NCBI GenBank assembly: GCA_046052185.1
Contig: JBJOMV010000002.1
Coordinates: 5,550 to 69,549, forward strand
DNA: 64,000 nucleotides
DNA from: Verrucomicrobiota bacterium
GTDB taxonomy: Bacteria > Verrucomicrobiota > Verrucomicrobiia > Opitutales > UBA953
Reading direction: 5' to 3'
In this document: positions 1 to 8,859 of the stretch, one piece after another
Numbering within the stretch: the stretch's first letter is position 1
Layout of the letters: each line of letters starts with the position of its first letter
Program-made: the position numbers and the translations under genes
Notes under the pieces: generated by a model
Database searches by the model: none
What the model was told of the DNA's origin: nothing
What the model saw: the letters and a program-made list of their open reading frames with translations, nothing else

Positions 1-364
1 GCGCCTGCTCGAGGGCGATACGGAGGGCGCGCAGATGCGGCTCGGAAGTACCGGTGGCGATCACGAGGAAGTCGGCGACGGACGAGATCTGGCCCATTTC
101 CAGGACGCGGATCTCGACGGCCTTCTTCTCGTCGAGCGCGCGGATGGCGGCGACGAGGTGGGCCGGCAGCTTGGGCAGCACGACCATCGGCTTGGCGGCG
201 GCCTTCTCGCCACGGCTCTTGGCCTTCAGGGGCGGGACGGCCGGGATGATGCGGCGGGCCGGACGGGCCACCGGCTTGCCGCCCTTGACGGGAGCACGGC
301 CCTTGGACTTGGCGGCCGGGCGAGCCGGGGCCTTCTTGGTGGTCTTCTTTTTAAGGGCGGACAT
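1..364 (-). CDS. rsfS: ribosomal silencing factor RsfS (iojap family), C-terminal end cut by window edge
   Basis: Manual reverse translation from the ATG at 364 gives MSALKKKTTKKAPARPAAKSKGRAPVKGGKPV...KPMVVLPKLPAHLVAAIRALDEKKAVEIRVLEMGQISSVADFLVIATGTSEPHLRALRIALEQA. The distal part matches the RsfS core. The start lies 2 nt after the nadD stop, the classic nadD-rsfS pair. An internal ATG at 187 is an alternative start. Confidence 0.75.
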   Translation of the reverse strand, partial: MSALKKKTTKKAPARPAAKSKGRAPVKGGKPVARPARRIIPAVPPLKAKSRGEKAAAKPMVVLPKLPAHLVAAIRALDEKKAVEIRVLEMGQISSVADFLVIATGTSEPHLRALRIALEQA

Positions 365-366
365 GG

Positions 367-957
367 TCAGGCTTGGTAAAGGGAGCGCTCATCGATGTGG
401 CGGGCGACCCCTAGGGGCAAGCCGTTTCGGGGCGAATCACCGCGGCGCAAGGCTTCGCGTAAGGCCGTGGAGGAGACTTGCACCTCAGGCGCCTTCAGCA
501 CGGTCAGGCGGATGACCGCGGCCAAGGACGCCGGCGGCGAGGTCGAGATACCGTCACGCGACAGGACGGCGAACTCGACGAGACCGCAGAGTTCGACGAC
601 GTCCTTCCAGCGGTCGAGGCGGGCGAGCTGATCGGCGCCCAGGATCCAGACCCGCGAAGCCTCCGGGTGTTCGCGCGCGAGTTCGCGGGCGGTGTCGATG
701 GACCAGCTGGTACCGCTGCGAAGGGTCTCCCGCTCGTCGATGACGGCCCACGGATGCTCCGCGAAAGCGAGCCGGCACATCGCGACGCGGTCGGCGGCGG
801 ACGCCACCGGGGCGCCCGTGCGCAAGGGGGCCTGGCCCGCAGGGATGACGCGGACCTCATCGAGGCCCAGCTGCTTGCGCGCGGCCACGGCCGCCGCCAC
901 ATGTCCGGCATGCGGAGGATCGAAGGTCCCACCCAGGATGCCGATGGCGGCAGGCAT
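367..957 (-). CDS. nadD: nicotinate-nucleotide adenylyltransferase
   Basis: ORF track 196 aa with an N-terminal GILGGTFDPPHAGH nucleotidyltransferase (H/T)xGH motif. Size and rsfS synteny fit NadD. Confidence 0.9.
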   Translation of the reverse strand: MPAAIGILGGTFDPPHAGHVAAAVAARKQLGLDEVRVIPAGQAPLRTGAPVASAADRVAMCRLAFAEHPWAVIDERETLRSGTSWSIDTARELAREHPEASRVWILGADQLARLDRWKDVVELCGLVEFAVLSRDGISTSPPASLAAVIRLTVLKAPEVQVSSTALREALRRGDSPRNGLPLGVARHIDERSLYQA

Positions 958-1038
958 GACGTATTACGTTCCGGCGCGGGGCCCGTGGCAACCCAAAGCA
1001 GGCTTGAGCCCGGGCCTCTCCGGCGAAACACTGCCTCC

Positions 1039-1893
1039 ATGGCGGTCGCCTCCCGATTCCTCCCTCCGGACTTCGCTCCGTCGCAGACCGTCGTGGTGAT
1101 CGCCGGCAAAGGCCGCTACCCCGCCCTCCTCGTCGAGTGCGCGCGCGCCCGCGGCGCCAAGATCAAGCTGGTGTCCTTCGAAGAAGAGACCGACCCGGCC
1201 CTCATCGCCGCCTTCGACCCGGCCGACCATCGCGCCATCCCCGTCGGCAAACTCGGCCAGATGCTCGACGCCCTCAAGGAACTCGGCGCCGCCGGCGCGG
1301 TCATGGCCGGCCAGGTCACGCCGCGCAAACTGTTCACGGGCATGGTGCCCGACCTGAAGCTCATCGCGCTCATGGCCTCGCTCAAGGAGCGCAACGCCGA
1401 GACGATCTTCGGCGCGATCTCCGCCGAGATCGAGCAGGTCGGCGTCCGCATGCTCGACGCGCGCGTCTTCCTCGACGACCACCTCGCCTCCCCCGGCTGC
1501 ATGACCGGCTGGGTCTGCGGCATCGCCGACGATCAGCTGGAATTCGGCACGCGCATGGCCCGCGAGATGGCCCGCCTCGACGTCGGCCAATCCGTCGTCA
1601 CGGCGAAAGGCACCGTCATCGCCGTCGAAGCCTTCGAAGGGACCGACAACATGCTCCGCCGCTGCGCCGCCACCGGCGGCAAGGAGATGCTGCTCACCAA
1701 GACCTCGAAGCACGCGCAGGACTGGCGCTTCGACGTCCCCTGCTTCGGCGTGAAGACGCTCGAGAGCATGGCCGAAGGCGGCGTGGCGAAGGCCGCGCTC
1801 GAAGCCGATGCGGTCATCCTCATCGACAAGCCCGCGGTCATCGCCCGCGCCAAGCAGCTCGGCGTCGATCTCTTCGGCTTCGGACCGGCCTGA
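1039..1893 (+). CDS. lpxI: UDP-2,3-diacylglucosamine diphosphatase LpxI (DUF1009 family)
   Basis: Internal ATG at 1039 of ORF 478..1893 gives MAVASRFLPPDF...VVIAGKGRYP...DVGQSVV...AVEAFEGTDNMLRR...QDWRFDVPCFG, about 284 aa, typical of LpxI. The upstream part of the long ORF is antisense to nadD and was discarded. Confidence 0.8.
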   Translation: MAVASRFLPPDFAPSQTVVVIAGKGRYPALLVECARARGAKIKLVSFEEETDPALIAAFDPADHRAIPVGKLGQMLDALKELGAAGAVMAGQVTPRKLFTGMVPDLKLIALMASLKERNAETIFGAISAEIEQVGVRMLDARVFLDDHLASPGCMTGWVCGIADDQLEFGTRMAREMARLDVGQSVVTAKGTVIAVEAFEGTDNMLRRCAATGGKEMLLTKTSKHAQDWRFDVPCFGVKTLESMAEGGVAKAALEADAVILIDKPAVIARAKQLGVDLFGFGPA

Positions 1894-1906
1894 GGTCCGC
1901 GTCGGC

Positions 1907-2170
1907 TCAGCCTTCGTAGAAACCCCAGCCCGCGGCGCTTTCGACGAGGAACCAGGCGAGCAGCGCCCCGAGGGCGAGCAGCAGCCACTTACGATGGCGG
2001 GTCCAGAGCGCCGGCGTCTCGTCCGCGTGATCCAGCCCGCGGCGGGCGCTCAGCAGGAGCTTCAGGCGCGCATGCCAGGCCAGCCGGGTCTGCGACGAGA
2101 GATCGGGGTGCGCGTAGGCGTTGACCCGATAATCCGGCTTACGGAAGAGACTGACGACACGACGCCACAC
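1907..2170 (-). CDS. small hypothetical membrane protein
   Basis: 87-aa ORF filling the lpxI-panB gap. The C-terminal stretch WLLLALGALLAWFLV looks transmembrane. No recognisable family. Confidence 0.4.
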   Translation of the reverse strand: MWRRVVSLFRKPDYRVNAYAHPDLSSQTRLAWHARLKLLLSARRGLDHADETPALWTRHRKWLLLALGALLAWFLVESAAGWGFYEG

Positions 2171-2233
2171 CTGAACACCTTACACCCTTTACCCACGCTT
2201 TACAAGCGGAGCGTCTCTGGGTAAGCCCAATGC

Positions 2234-3001
2234 GTGAAGTCCACCACCCGGTCCCTCCGCGCCCTCAAAGGCGTCCGGCCCATCGTCTGCCTGACCGCCT
2301 ACGATGTGAGCACGGCCCGCATCGCGGACGCCGGCGGCGCCGACCTCATCCTCGTCGGCGATTCCTTGGGCAACGCCGTCCTGGGTCTGCCCGACACGGT
2401 CGGGGTCACCTTGGACATGATGATCCACCACTCGGCCGCGGTCGTCCGCGCGAAGACCGAAGCGCTCGTGGTCGGCGACCTGCCCTTCGGCCTGGCGCAC
2501 GACAGTTTCCCCAAGCTCCTCGGCTACTGCCGTCGCTTCCTGCAGGAAGGCGGCGTCAAGGCGGTGAAGATCGAAGGCGGCGCCTCCCTCGCCCCGGCGA
2601 TCGCCCGGCTCGTCGACGCCGGCATCCCGGTGATGGGCCACGTCGGCATGCTTCCCCAGCGCGTCCACGCCGCCGGCTATCGGCGCCGCGGCCTGACGCC
2701 CGAGGATCAGCAGAAGATCCTCATCGACGCCCAGGCGGTCGCCGCCGCGGGCGCGTTCTCGATGGTGGTCGAGTGCGTCGACGAAGCCTTCATGCCGAAG
2801 ATCACCGAAGCGGTGTCCGTCCCGACGATCGGCATCGGTTCCGGTCGCGGCTGCGACGGCCAGATCCTCGTCATCCACGACCTGCTCGGCCTCACGCCCG
2901 AACCGCCGCCCTTCGCCCGGCCGGAAGCCAACCTGCACCGTGACGCGGTCGCGGCCGTCCGCCGCTGGGCCGCCAAGGTGCGCACCAAGAAATCCAAATG
3001 A
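2234..3001 (+). CDS. panB: 3-methyl-2-oxobutanoate hydroxymethyltransferase
   Basis: 255 aa with LTAYD...LVGDSLGNAVLG...VKIEGG...GHVGMLPQ, the canonical PanB signature blocks. Confidence 0.92.
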   Translation: MKSTTRSLRALKGVRPIVCLTAYDVSTARIADAGGADLILVGDSLGNAVLGLPDTVGVTLDMMIHHSAAVVRAKTEALVVGDLPFGLAHDSFPKLLGYCRRFLQEGGVKAVKIEGGASLAPAIARLVDAGIPVMGHVGMLPQRVHAAGYRRRGLTPEDQQKILIDAQAVAAAGAFSMVVECVDEAFMPKITEAVSVPTIGIGSGRGCDGQILVIHDLLGLTPEPPPFARPEANLHRDAVAAVRRWAAKVRTKKSK

Positions 3002-3999
3002 ACTGCGTCATCTTCGGAGCCGGCGGCTGGGGTACGGCCATGGCGATCCACCTCGCCCGCCAAGGCCAGACCGTCACGCTCGTGCCGCGTCGCGCCGAAC
3101 AGGCCCTCGCCCTCGCCACCACGCGCGAGAACACCGATTACCTGCCGGGCCATCGCCTCGACGATTCGATCCAGATCGGCCTCGAGCCGCTGCCGGCCCT
3201 GATGGACGCCGACCTGGTCTTCCTCGCCTGCCCTTCCAAAGGCCTGCCGGAACTGCTCGCCGCGATCGGCCCCGCCGTCCGCGACTCGGGCGCAAAGATG
3301 GCGATCTCCCTCTGCAAAGGCCTGGACCTCGCCACCCTGCGCCGACCGTCCGAACTCATGGCCGCGGCCTTCGGCGATCTGCCCGTCGCCACGCTGAGCG
3401 GACCGAGCAACGCCGATGAAGTCGCGCAAGGCCTGCCCACGGCCCTCGTCCTCGCCTCCGCGGCCGACGACGCCCTGATGAAGGAGGTGCAGGCGGCCGT
3501 CAGCGGACCGACCCTGCGCGCCTATACCTCGACCGACCTCGTCGGCGTCGAGATCGGCGGCACGCTCAAGAACGTCTACGCCCTCGGGGCCGGACTCTGC
3601 GACGGACTCGGCCTCGGCTCCAACGCCAAGGCGGCGATGCTGACGCGTTCGCTCCAGGAGATGACCCGCCTCGGCGAAGCGCTCGGCGCGCGCCCGGAGA
3701 CCTTCCTCGGACTCGGCGGCGTCGGTGACCTGATGGCCACCGCCCACGGCTCGTGGAGCCGCAACCGCTCGCTCGGCGAACAGCTCGCGAAAGATCCGCA
3801 AGGCACCCTCGCCGCCCTCGCCGCGCGCAAGGAAGCCGTCGAAGGCCATCGCGCCGCCGAAGCGCTCTCGAAGCTCGCGACCAGCCGCGGCCTCGCCGCC
3901 CCGATCCTGTCCTGCCTGCACGCGATCCTCTACAAGGGACTCGACCCGCGCGCCGGGGTCGTCGCCTTGATGACCCGCGACCTCCGTCCGGAGGCATGA
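2998..3999 (+). CDS. gpsA: NAD(P)H-dependent glycerol-3-phosphate dehydrogenase
   Basis: 333 aa with an N-terminal GAGGWGTAMA Rossmann motif, then SGPSNADEV and GTLKNVYALGAG blocks. Its start overlaps the panB stop as ATGA. Confidence 0.92.
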   Translation: MNCVIFGAGGWGTAMAIHLARQGQTVTLVPRRAEQALALATTRENTDYLPGHRLDDSIQIGLEPLPALMDADLVFLACPSKGLPELLAAIGPAVRDSGAKMAISLCKGLDLATLRRPSELMAAAFGDLPVATLSGPSNADEVAQGLPTALVLASAADDALMKEVQAAVSGPTLRAYTSTDLVGVEIGGTLKNVYALGAGLCDGLGLGSNAKAAMLTRSLQEMTRLGEALGARPETFLGLGGVGDLMATAHGSWSRNRSLGEQLAKDPQGTLAALAARKEAVEGHRAAEALSKLATSRGLAAPILSCLHAILYKGLDPRAGVVALMTRDLRPEA

Positions 4000-4457
4000 A
4001 CGAACCCGTCGTCGAGACGCGGCCCTCCGCGATCGCCGGCCGAGGACTCTTCGCCCGCCGGGACTTCGTCGCCGGCGAACGGCTCGCACCCTACCGAGGA
4101 CCGACGACCACGACGCCGCCCGCCCGCCCGGAGACGGGCGAGGTCTTCGCCTTGGAAGTGGCTCCCGGACTCTGGCTCGACGGTTCCGTCCCCGACAACC
4201 CCGCCCGCTGGGCCAACCACTCCTGCGAACCCAACGCGGAACTCGTCTGGCACGGCACCGCCGAGGGCGCCTGGCTGACGAGCCTCCGCCCCCTGCGGGC
4301 CGGGGAGGAAATCACCTTTGATTATGGGTTTTCCTTGGCCGAAAGCCTCTTCCACCCGTGCGCCTGCCGGGCCCCCGGCTGCGTCGGCCGGATCATCGCC
4401 GCCCCGCTCCGCCCGGCCCTGCGCCGTCACCTGCGTTTTTCACGTCCAAGGGATTGA
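3996..4457 (+). CDS. SET-domain protein (putative protein lysine methyltransferase) with post-SET Cys motif
   Basis: Internal ATG at 3996 overlaps the gpsA stop as ATGA. Sequence shows AGRGLFA, NHSCEPN, FDYGF and a C-terminal CACRAPGC (CxCx4C). Confidence 0.8.
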   Translation: MNEPVVETRPSAIAGRGLFARRDFVAGERLAPYRGPTTTTPPARPETGEVFALEVAPGLWLDGSVPDNPARWANHSCEPNAELVWHGTAEGAWLTSLRPLRAGEEITFDYGFSLAESLFHPCACRAPGCVGRIIAAPLRPALRRHLRFSRPRD

Positions 4458-4508
4458 CCACCCGACAGGCCAAGGTCAGTTTTCGAAGGTCAATCTGCCC
4501 ATTTCTCC

Positions 4509-5912
4509 ATGAAAAAAGTCGCCCTTACCGAGCTCGATCCCCGGCTCCAGAAACAGATCACGGCCGCGGACCAGCAACTGAAGACAAACCCCCAGTACGC
4601 GGTGGAAGTCCTCTCCGGCATCCTGGCCCGTAATCCCGGCTGCATCGATGTGCGCCGTAGCCTGCGCAAGGCCCAGAAGGCGATGCTCGGCACCAAGAAG
4701 GGCCTCTTTGACGGCCTGACCAGCGCCCTCTCCGCCGGCAAGGTCGCCAAGGCCGTCGAAGCCGACCCCGTGGCCGCCATCGCCGCCGCCGAAGAAGCCC
4801 TCGCCAAGAAGCCGACCGACGCCAACGCCAACAAGACCCTCGCCCTCGCCGGCCTGAAGCTCGGCTTCTACGAGCTCGCCGCCTTCGCCTACGAAGAACT
4901 CGCGACCAACGAGCCCGGCCAGGTCCAGCACTTCGTCGACCTCGCCAACGCCTGGATCGCCGGCGGCGAATACGACCAGTCCCTCGCCGCCGCGGACCGC
5001 GGCCTCAAGCTCTTCCCCGGCAACGGCGACCTCCAGGAAGTCGTCCGCAAGGCCTCCGTCAGCAAGACGATGAAGAAGGGCAACTGGGAGGACAAAGGCG
5101 ACTTCCAGTCCAAGCTCAAGGACAAGGACGAAGCCCTGCGCCTCGACCAGGCCTCCCGCACCGTCACCGACTCCGCCACCGCCCTCGCGCAGGCCGCCGA
5201 ACTGGCCCAGAAGATCCAGGCCGCCCCGGACAGCCTCGACCTTTACCGCGAGATCGTGCGCATGTTCCTCATCGCCGAAGACCTCGACAGCGCCATCGCC
5301 TGGTTGCAGCGTGGCCGCGTGACGAGCCAGGGCAAGGCGGACACCTCCCTCGAGCGCCAGGAAAGCGACCTGATCATCCGCCGCTACGAACGCATCTCCA
5401 AGCAGCTGCGCGAGGCCATCGCGGCCAGCCCGGCCGACGCCGCCAGCAAGGACGCCCTCGCCAAGAACGAGACCGAGCTCGCCGACTTCCGCCTCAAGAC
5501 CTCCATCACGCTCGTCGAACGCTACCCGAACGACTTCTCCTACCGCCACGAGCTCGGCACGCTCCTCCTTGCCGCCAACCGCCTCGACGAGGCCGTCCAG
5601 CAGCTCCAGTACGCGCAGCGCAACCCGAAGTTCCGCCAGCCGGCCCTCCTCGCGATCGGCCGCGCCTTCTCGCAGGGCGGCAAGTACGACCTCGCGATCG
5701 AGCAGCTCACGACCGCCAAGAGCGAAGTCCAGCTGATGAACGACCTGAAGAAGGAGATCATCTACGCCCTCGGCGACACCTTCGAGAAGATGGGCAAGGC
5801 CAAGGAAGCCGTCGACGAATACAAGATCATCTACATGGCCGACTCCGGTTACCGCGACGTCGCCAAGAAGATCAACGACTTCTACGAACGCCAGAAGGGC
5901 GCCTCGGCCTGA
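4509..5912 (+). CDS. TPR-like repeat protein, function unknown
   Basis: 467 aa, helical-repeat composition with TPR-like units such as AWIAGGEYDQSLAAADRGLKLFPGN and LGDTFEKMGKAKEAVDEYKII. It is the only ORF on either strand here with normal (not Gly/Arg/Asp-skewed) amino-acid composition. Confidence 0.7.
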   Translation: MKKVALTELDPRLQKQITAADQQLKTNPQYAVEVLSGILARNPGCIDVRRSLRKAQKAMLGTKKGLFDGLTSALSAGKVAKAVEADPVAAIAAAEEALAKKPTDANANKTLALAGLKLGFYELAAFAYEELATNEPGQVQHFVDLANAWIAGGEYDQSLAAADRGLKLFPGNGDLQEVVRKASVSKTMKKGNWEDKGDFQSKLKDKDEALRLDQASRTVTDSATALAQAAELAQKIQAAPDSLDLYREIVRMFLIAEDLDSAIAWLQRGRVTSQGKADTSLERQESDLIIRRYERISKQLREAIAASPADAASKDALAKNETELADFRLKTSITLVERYPNDFSYRHELGTLLLAANRLDEAVQQLQYAQRNPKFRQPALLAIGRAFSQGGKYDLAIEQLTTAKSEVQLMNDLKKEIIYALGDTFEKMGKAKEAVDEYKIIYMADSGYRDVAKKINDFYERQKGASA

Positions 5913-5975
5913 CGCCTACCGCCGCCTTTCCTCGCTTGCGGACGGCCTGGCCCGCCCGCCTCCCCCTCCCTGCCC

Positions 5976-7523
5976 ATGGCACTCACCTCCTTTAAGAGCA
6001 AACTCATCGCCGACGTCGGCATCAGCATGGGAGACGAAGGCAAGGGACGCCTCATCCCTGAGATCGTCCGCGAACTGCAGGCCCTCACGGGCCGTCGCGA
6101 CGTCGTCGGCACCGTCCTCAAGGTCAACGGCGGCGCCAACTCCGGCCACACCGTCGCCGGCCTGAAGCTCAACCTGCTCCCGGGCGGCGTCGCCGAACAC
6201 GACGTGGCCTGCCTCGCCCTCGGCGCCGGCGTCGTCGCCGACCCGCGCAAGGCCCTCTGGGAAGCCCTGCCCCTCGAGAAGATCGGCATCCCGGTGCTCA
6301 AGCGCCTGCTCATCGACGAGCGCTGCATGATCAGCGACGTCTCCCACCGCATCCTCGACCTCGCCTGGGAAGACTACCGCGTGAACGTCCTCGGCCACGA
6401 GGCCCGCGGCTCCACCGGACGCGGCATCACCCCGGCCTACGCCGACGAGGTCGGCCAGTTCCAGATCCATTACTCGGAGTTCCTCGGCGCGAAGTCCGAC
6501 TACGCCGTCCGCCTCTCGGCCCGCCTCCATCGCGCCGCTTCGATCGTGCGCGACGTCTGCAAGCTCTCGCCCGAGAAGTGGGCCGGCCTCTTCGCCAAGC
6601 TCACCGAGGCCGAACTGCGCGCCAACAAGGGCGCCATCGAGTCCGGCGTCTTCGCCGCCGCTGAATTCGATTTCACCCGCTTCGCCGGCAAGGAGCCGTT
6701 CACCTTCGACCACGCCGCCGTCCTCGACTGCTACTGGCAGGCCGGCGCCGCCCTCGCGCACGCGATCGGCGACGTCCGCGAACGCATCCTCGGCGACCTC
6801 GCCGCCGACCGCCGCATCATCGGCGAGTTCGGCCAGGCCTACTGGCTCGACAAGCGCGCCGGCTTCGCCCCGAACGTCACGGCTTCCCACACCTACACGC
6901 CGGAGTTCTTCCAGTCCGCCGGCATCCCGGTCCAGGCGATCCACACGGTCGGCTGCTGCAAGGCTTACGACACCAAGGTCGGCACCCACGTCTTCCTGAC
7001 GAAGATGCCGGAGGAGCACCCGCTGCAGCGCGCCCTCGCGAAGCTGGAGTTCGGCACGAGCACCGGCCGCCAGCGCATGGTCGGCTGGTCCGACCTCGTT
7101 GAGAAGGCCGACGCCCTCCGCTACGGCGGCTACGACGACATCGTCCTCAACAAGCTCGACGCCCTTTCGCCCCACGGCGAATGGAAGGGCGGCGACCTGC
7201 TCGTGTGCACGGGCTACCGCGACGCGGCCGGCAAGATCGTCTCCGGCGTGCCTCGCAACGACGCGGTGCGTCGCACCCTGCAGCCCATCTACGCCACCCT
7301 GCCCAGCTGGACGGCCGACATCACCAAGGTCCGCTCCTACGCCCAGCTGCCCGCCGAGGCGCGCCGCTACGTGGCGTACACGATGGCCGAGATCGTCCGC
7401 CTGGCCTCCCGCGGCGGCTCCCTGCCCTATCTCCCGAACCTCCGCTACATCGGCGTGGGTCCGGACCCCGATCAGATCATCTCCGACGTCCCCGCGACGG
7501 CCGAGCTGATCAAGCAGGCCTGA
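5976..7523 (+). CDS. adenylosuccinate synthase-like protein (long, divergent form)
   Basis: 515 aa with PurA-type motifs: GDEGKGR (P-loop), [30 protein letters not shown]. It is noticeably longer than the roughly 430-aa canonical PurA. Confidence 0.8.
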   Translation: MALTSFKSKLIADVGISMGDEGKGRLIPEIVRELQALTGRRDVVGTVLKVNGGANSGHTVAGLKLNLLPGGVAEHDVACLALGAGVVADPRKALWEALPLEKIGIPVLKRLLIDERCMISDVSHRILDLAWEDYRVNVLGHEARGSTGRGITPAYADEVGQFQIHYSEFLGAKSDYAVRLSARLHRAASIVRDVCKLSPEKWAGLFAKLTEAELRANKGAIESGVFAAAEFDFTRFAGKEPFTFDHAAVLDCYWQAGAALAHAIGDVRERILGDLAADRRIIGEFGQAYWLDKRAGFAPNVTASHTYTPEFFQSAGIPVQAIHTVGCCKAYDTKVGTHVFLTKMPEEHPLQRALAKLEFGTSTGRQRMVGWSDLVEKADALRYGGYDDIVLNKLDALSPHGEWKGGDLLVCTGYRDAAGKIVSGVPRNDAVRRTLQPIYATLPSWTADITKVRSYAQLPAEARRYVAYTMAEIVRLASRGGSLPYLPNLRYIGVGPDPDQIISDVPATAELIKQA

Positions 7524-7544
7524 CGACTCTCCGCCGCCGCGCCG

Positions 7545-7883
7545 ATGGCCGAAATGGTCCACAACTTCGCCTTCCCGCTGTGGTCGCTCGTCGACCAGGC
7601 CAAGGTCGAGGCGGGCAAGTCCGACATGCGCGGCCTCGCCAAGGAACTCGGCAAGTGGCTGGCGCATAATTTCGACGTCGACCACAAGGGCGTGGCGATC
7701 GAAGAGCCTTCGGGCACCGAACCCGGCGCGATGCCGATGTTCGTCGTGGCGGGCGTCCGTCAGGACCAGTGGCACGTGATGGTCGCGCTCGCCCAGAGCC
7801 GCGACTGCGCGCTCTTCGTGGTGCTTCCGACGGAGAGCGGCGCCTTCCGGCTCCAGCAGCTGAACGTGCCGAAGCCGGAGTGA
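7545..7883 (+). CDS. hypothetical protein
   Basis: 112-aa ORF with normal composition that fills the gap after the purA-like gene. No family recognised. Confidence 0.5.
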   Translation: MAEMVHNFAFPLWSLVDQAKVEAGKSDMRGLAKELGKWLAHNFDVDHKGVAIEEPSGTEPGAMPMFVVAGVRQDQWHVMVALAQSRDCALFVVLPTESGAFRLQQLNVPKPE

Positions 7884-8753
7884 TCAGGCCGCGAAGGCTT
7901 TGACGGTCTCGAGGTGCAGTTCCGCGACCTGCTCCAGCGTGAGGCCGCCCCACTTGTAGCCGCCGGCCAAGGCGAAGATATGCGGAATCTTGCGGGCGCG
8001 GGCCCACTCGACGACGCGTTTCTCGCGCTTGAGGATGATCTCCTTGGTGATGCCCTTCATGCCGCCCGCTTTCTCATAGGTGTCCATGCCGGCGTTGTAG
8101 ATCAGGAAGTCCACCCGCTCCAGGGTGAGCAGCGCGTCCTCGACGTGGCCGAGATAGGCCTTCGGCTTCTCGACATCGACGTAGAAGTGCCGGTTCTTGT
8201 CGGTCGGCTCCCAGGAATCGAAGGAACTCACGGTGACGTCAGCGAGATACACCTGCGGGTGGTCGCCGAGGATATCAAAAGTCCCGCCGCCGGCATGGGC
8301 GTCGAGATCGAGGATGCCGACGGTCTTGACCTTCTTGAGCGCCTCGAGCGCAGCCAGGGCGAGCCCGTTGAACTGGCAGAAGCCGTTGCCGGAGTTACGA
8401 CGCGCATGGTGCAGACCGCTGGAGAGGCTGCCCGAGCGTCCGTTCTTCAAGGCCTCCTTCACGGCGTCGCGCATGCCGCCGGTCGAGGCGAGGATGCTGT
8501 CCAGCAGCGGCTGCGACCACGGACCGACCTCCAGGAAGGCGCCTTTGTCCTCCAAGGTATGGCGGACATACTCGGCCTCATGGATGAGTTCCAGCTCCCG
8601 GCGCGTCGCCGGCTTCGGAGCCTCCAGCCAGACCTCCCCGGCCGCGCCCGACTCGATCAGGCCCGCGACCAGCTTGGACTTGCTGACGGTCTCCATCTTG
8701 CCGTCGACGGCGTAGGCTGGGCTGTAGAAGACGGTCAGAGGCGGTTGCGACAT
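7884..8753 (-). CDS. histone deacetylase / acetylpolyamine amidohydrolase family protein
   Basis: Start chosen at the internal Met (MSQPPLTVFYSPAY). Sequence shows GLHHARRNSGNGFCQFN and DLDAHAGGGT zinc-deacetylase motifs, then NAGMD. About 289 aa. Confidence 0.8.
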   Translation of the reverse strand: MSQPPLTVFYSPAYAVDGKMETVSKSKLVAGLIESGAAGEVWLEAPKPATRRELELIHEAEYVRHTLEDKGAFLEVGPWSQPLLDSILASTGGMRDAVKEALKNGRSGSLSSGLHHARRNSGNGFCQFNGLALAALEALKKVKTVGILDLDAHAGGGTFDILGDHPQVYLADVTVSSFDSWEPTDKNRHFYVDVEKPKAYLGHVEDALLTLERVDFLIYNAGMDTYEKAGGMKGITKEIILKREKRVVEWARARKIPHIFALAGGYKWGGLTLEQVAELHLETVKAFAA

Positions 8754-8859
8754 AAGAATGTTATGCCATCGGGCGGCCCCTGCGTCAAACGACCCGCCTG
8801 TCATAGGTTGCGGTTGGCTTCGGCCCCGCGCCGCTCCATGGTATCGGCTCCCCTCGCCC

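Noticed and set aside
478-1038. N-terminal 187 residues of the 471-aa ORF containing lpxI
   Set aside because: This part is antisense to nadD and has a low-complexity Arg/Gly/Asp composition. The LpxI homology begins at the internal Met at 1039. The same logic was applied to ORFs 3753-4457 (start moved to 3996), 28910-30574 (start moved to 29663), 41070-43115, 47783-48490, 53550-54482, 7884-8927 and 8758-9705.
7881-7886. TGATCA palindromes where convergent genes abut stop-to-stop (also at 25243-25248)
   Set aside because: This is simply TGA on both strands sharing no spacer. Two occurrences are compatible with chance in a compact genome, and no regulatory inference is warranted.
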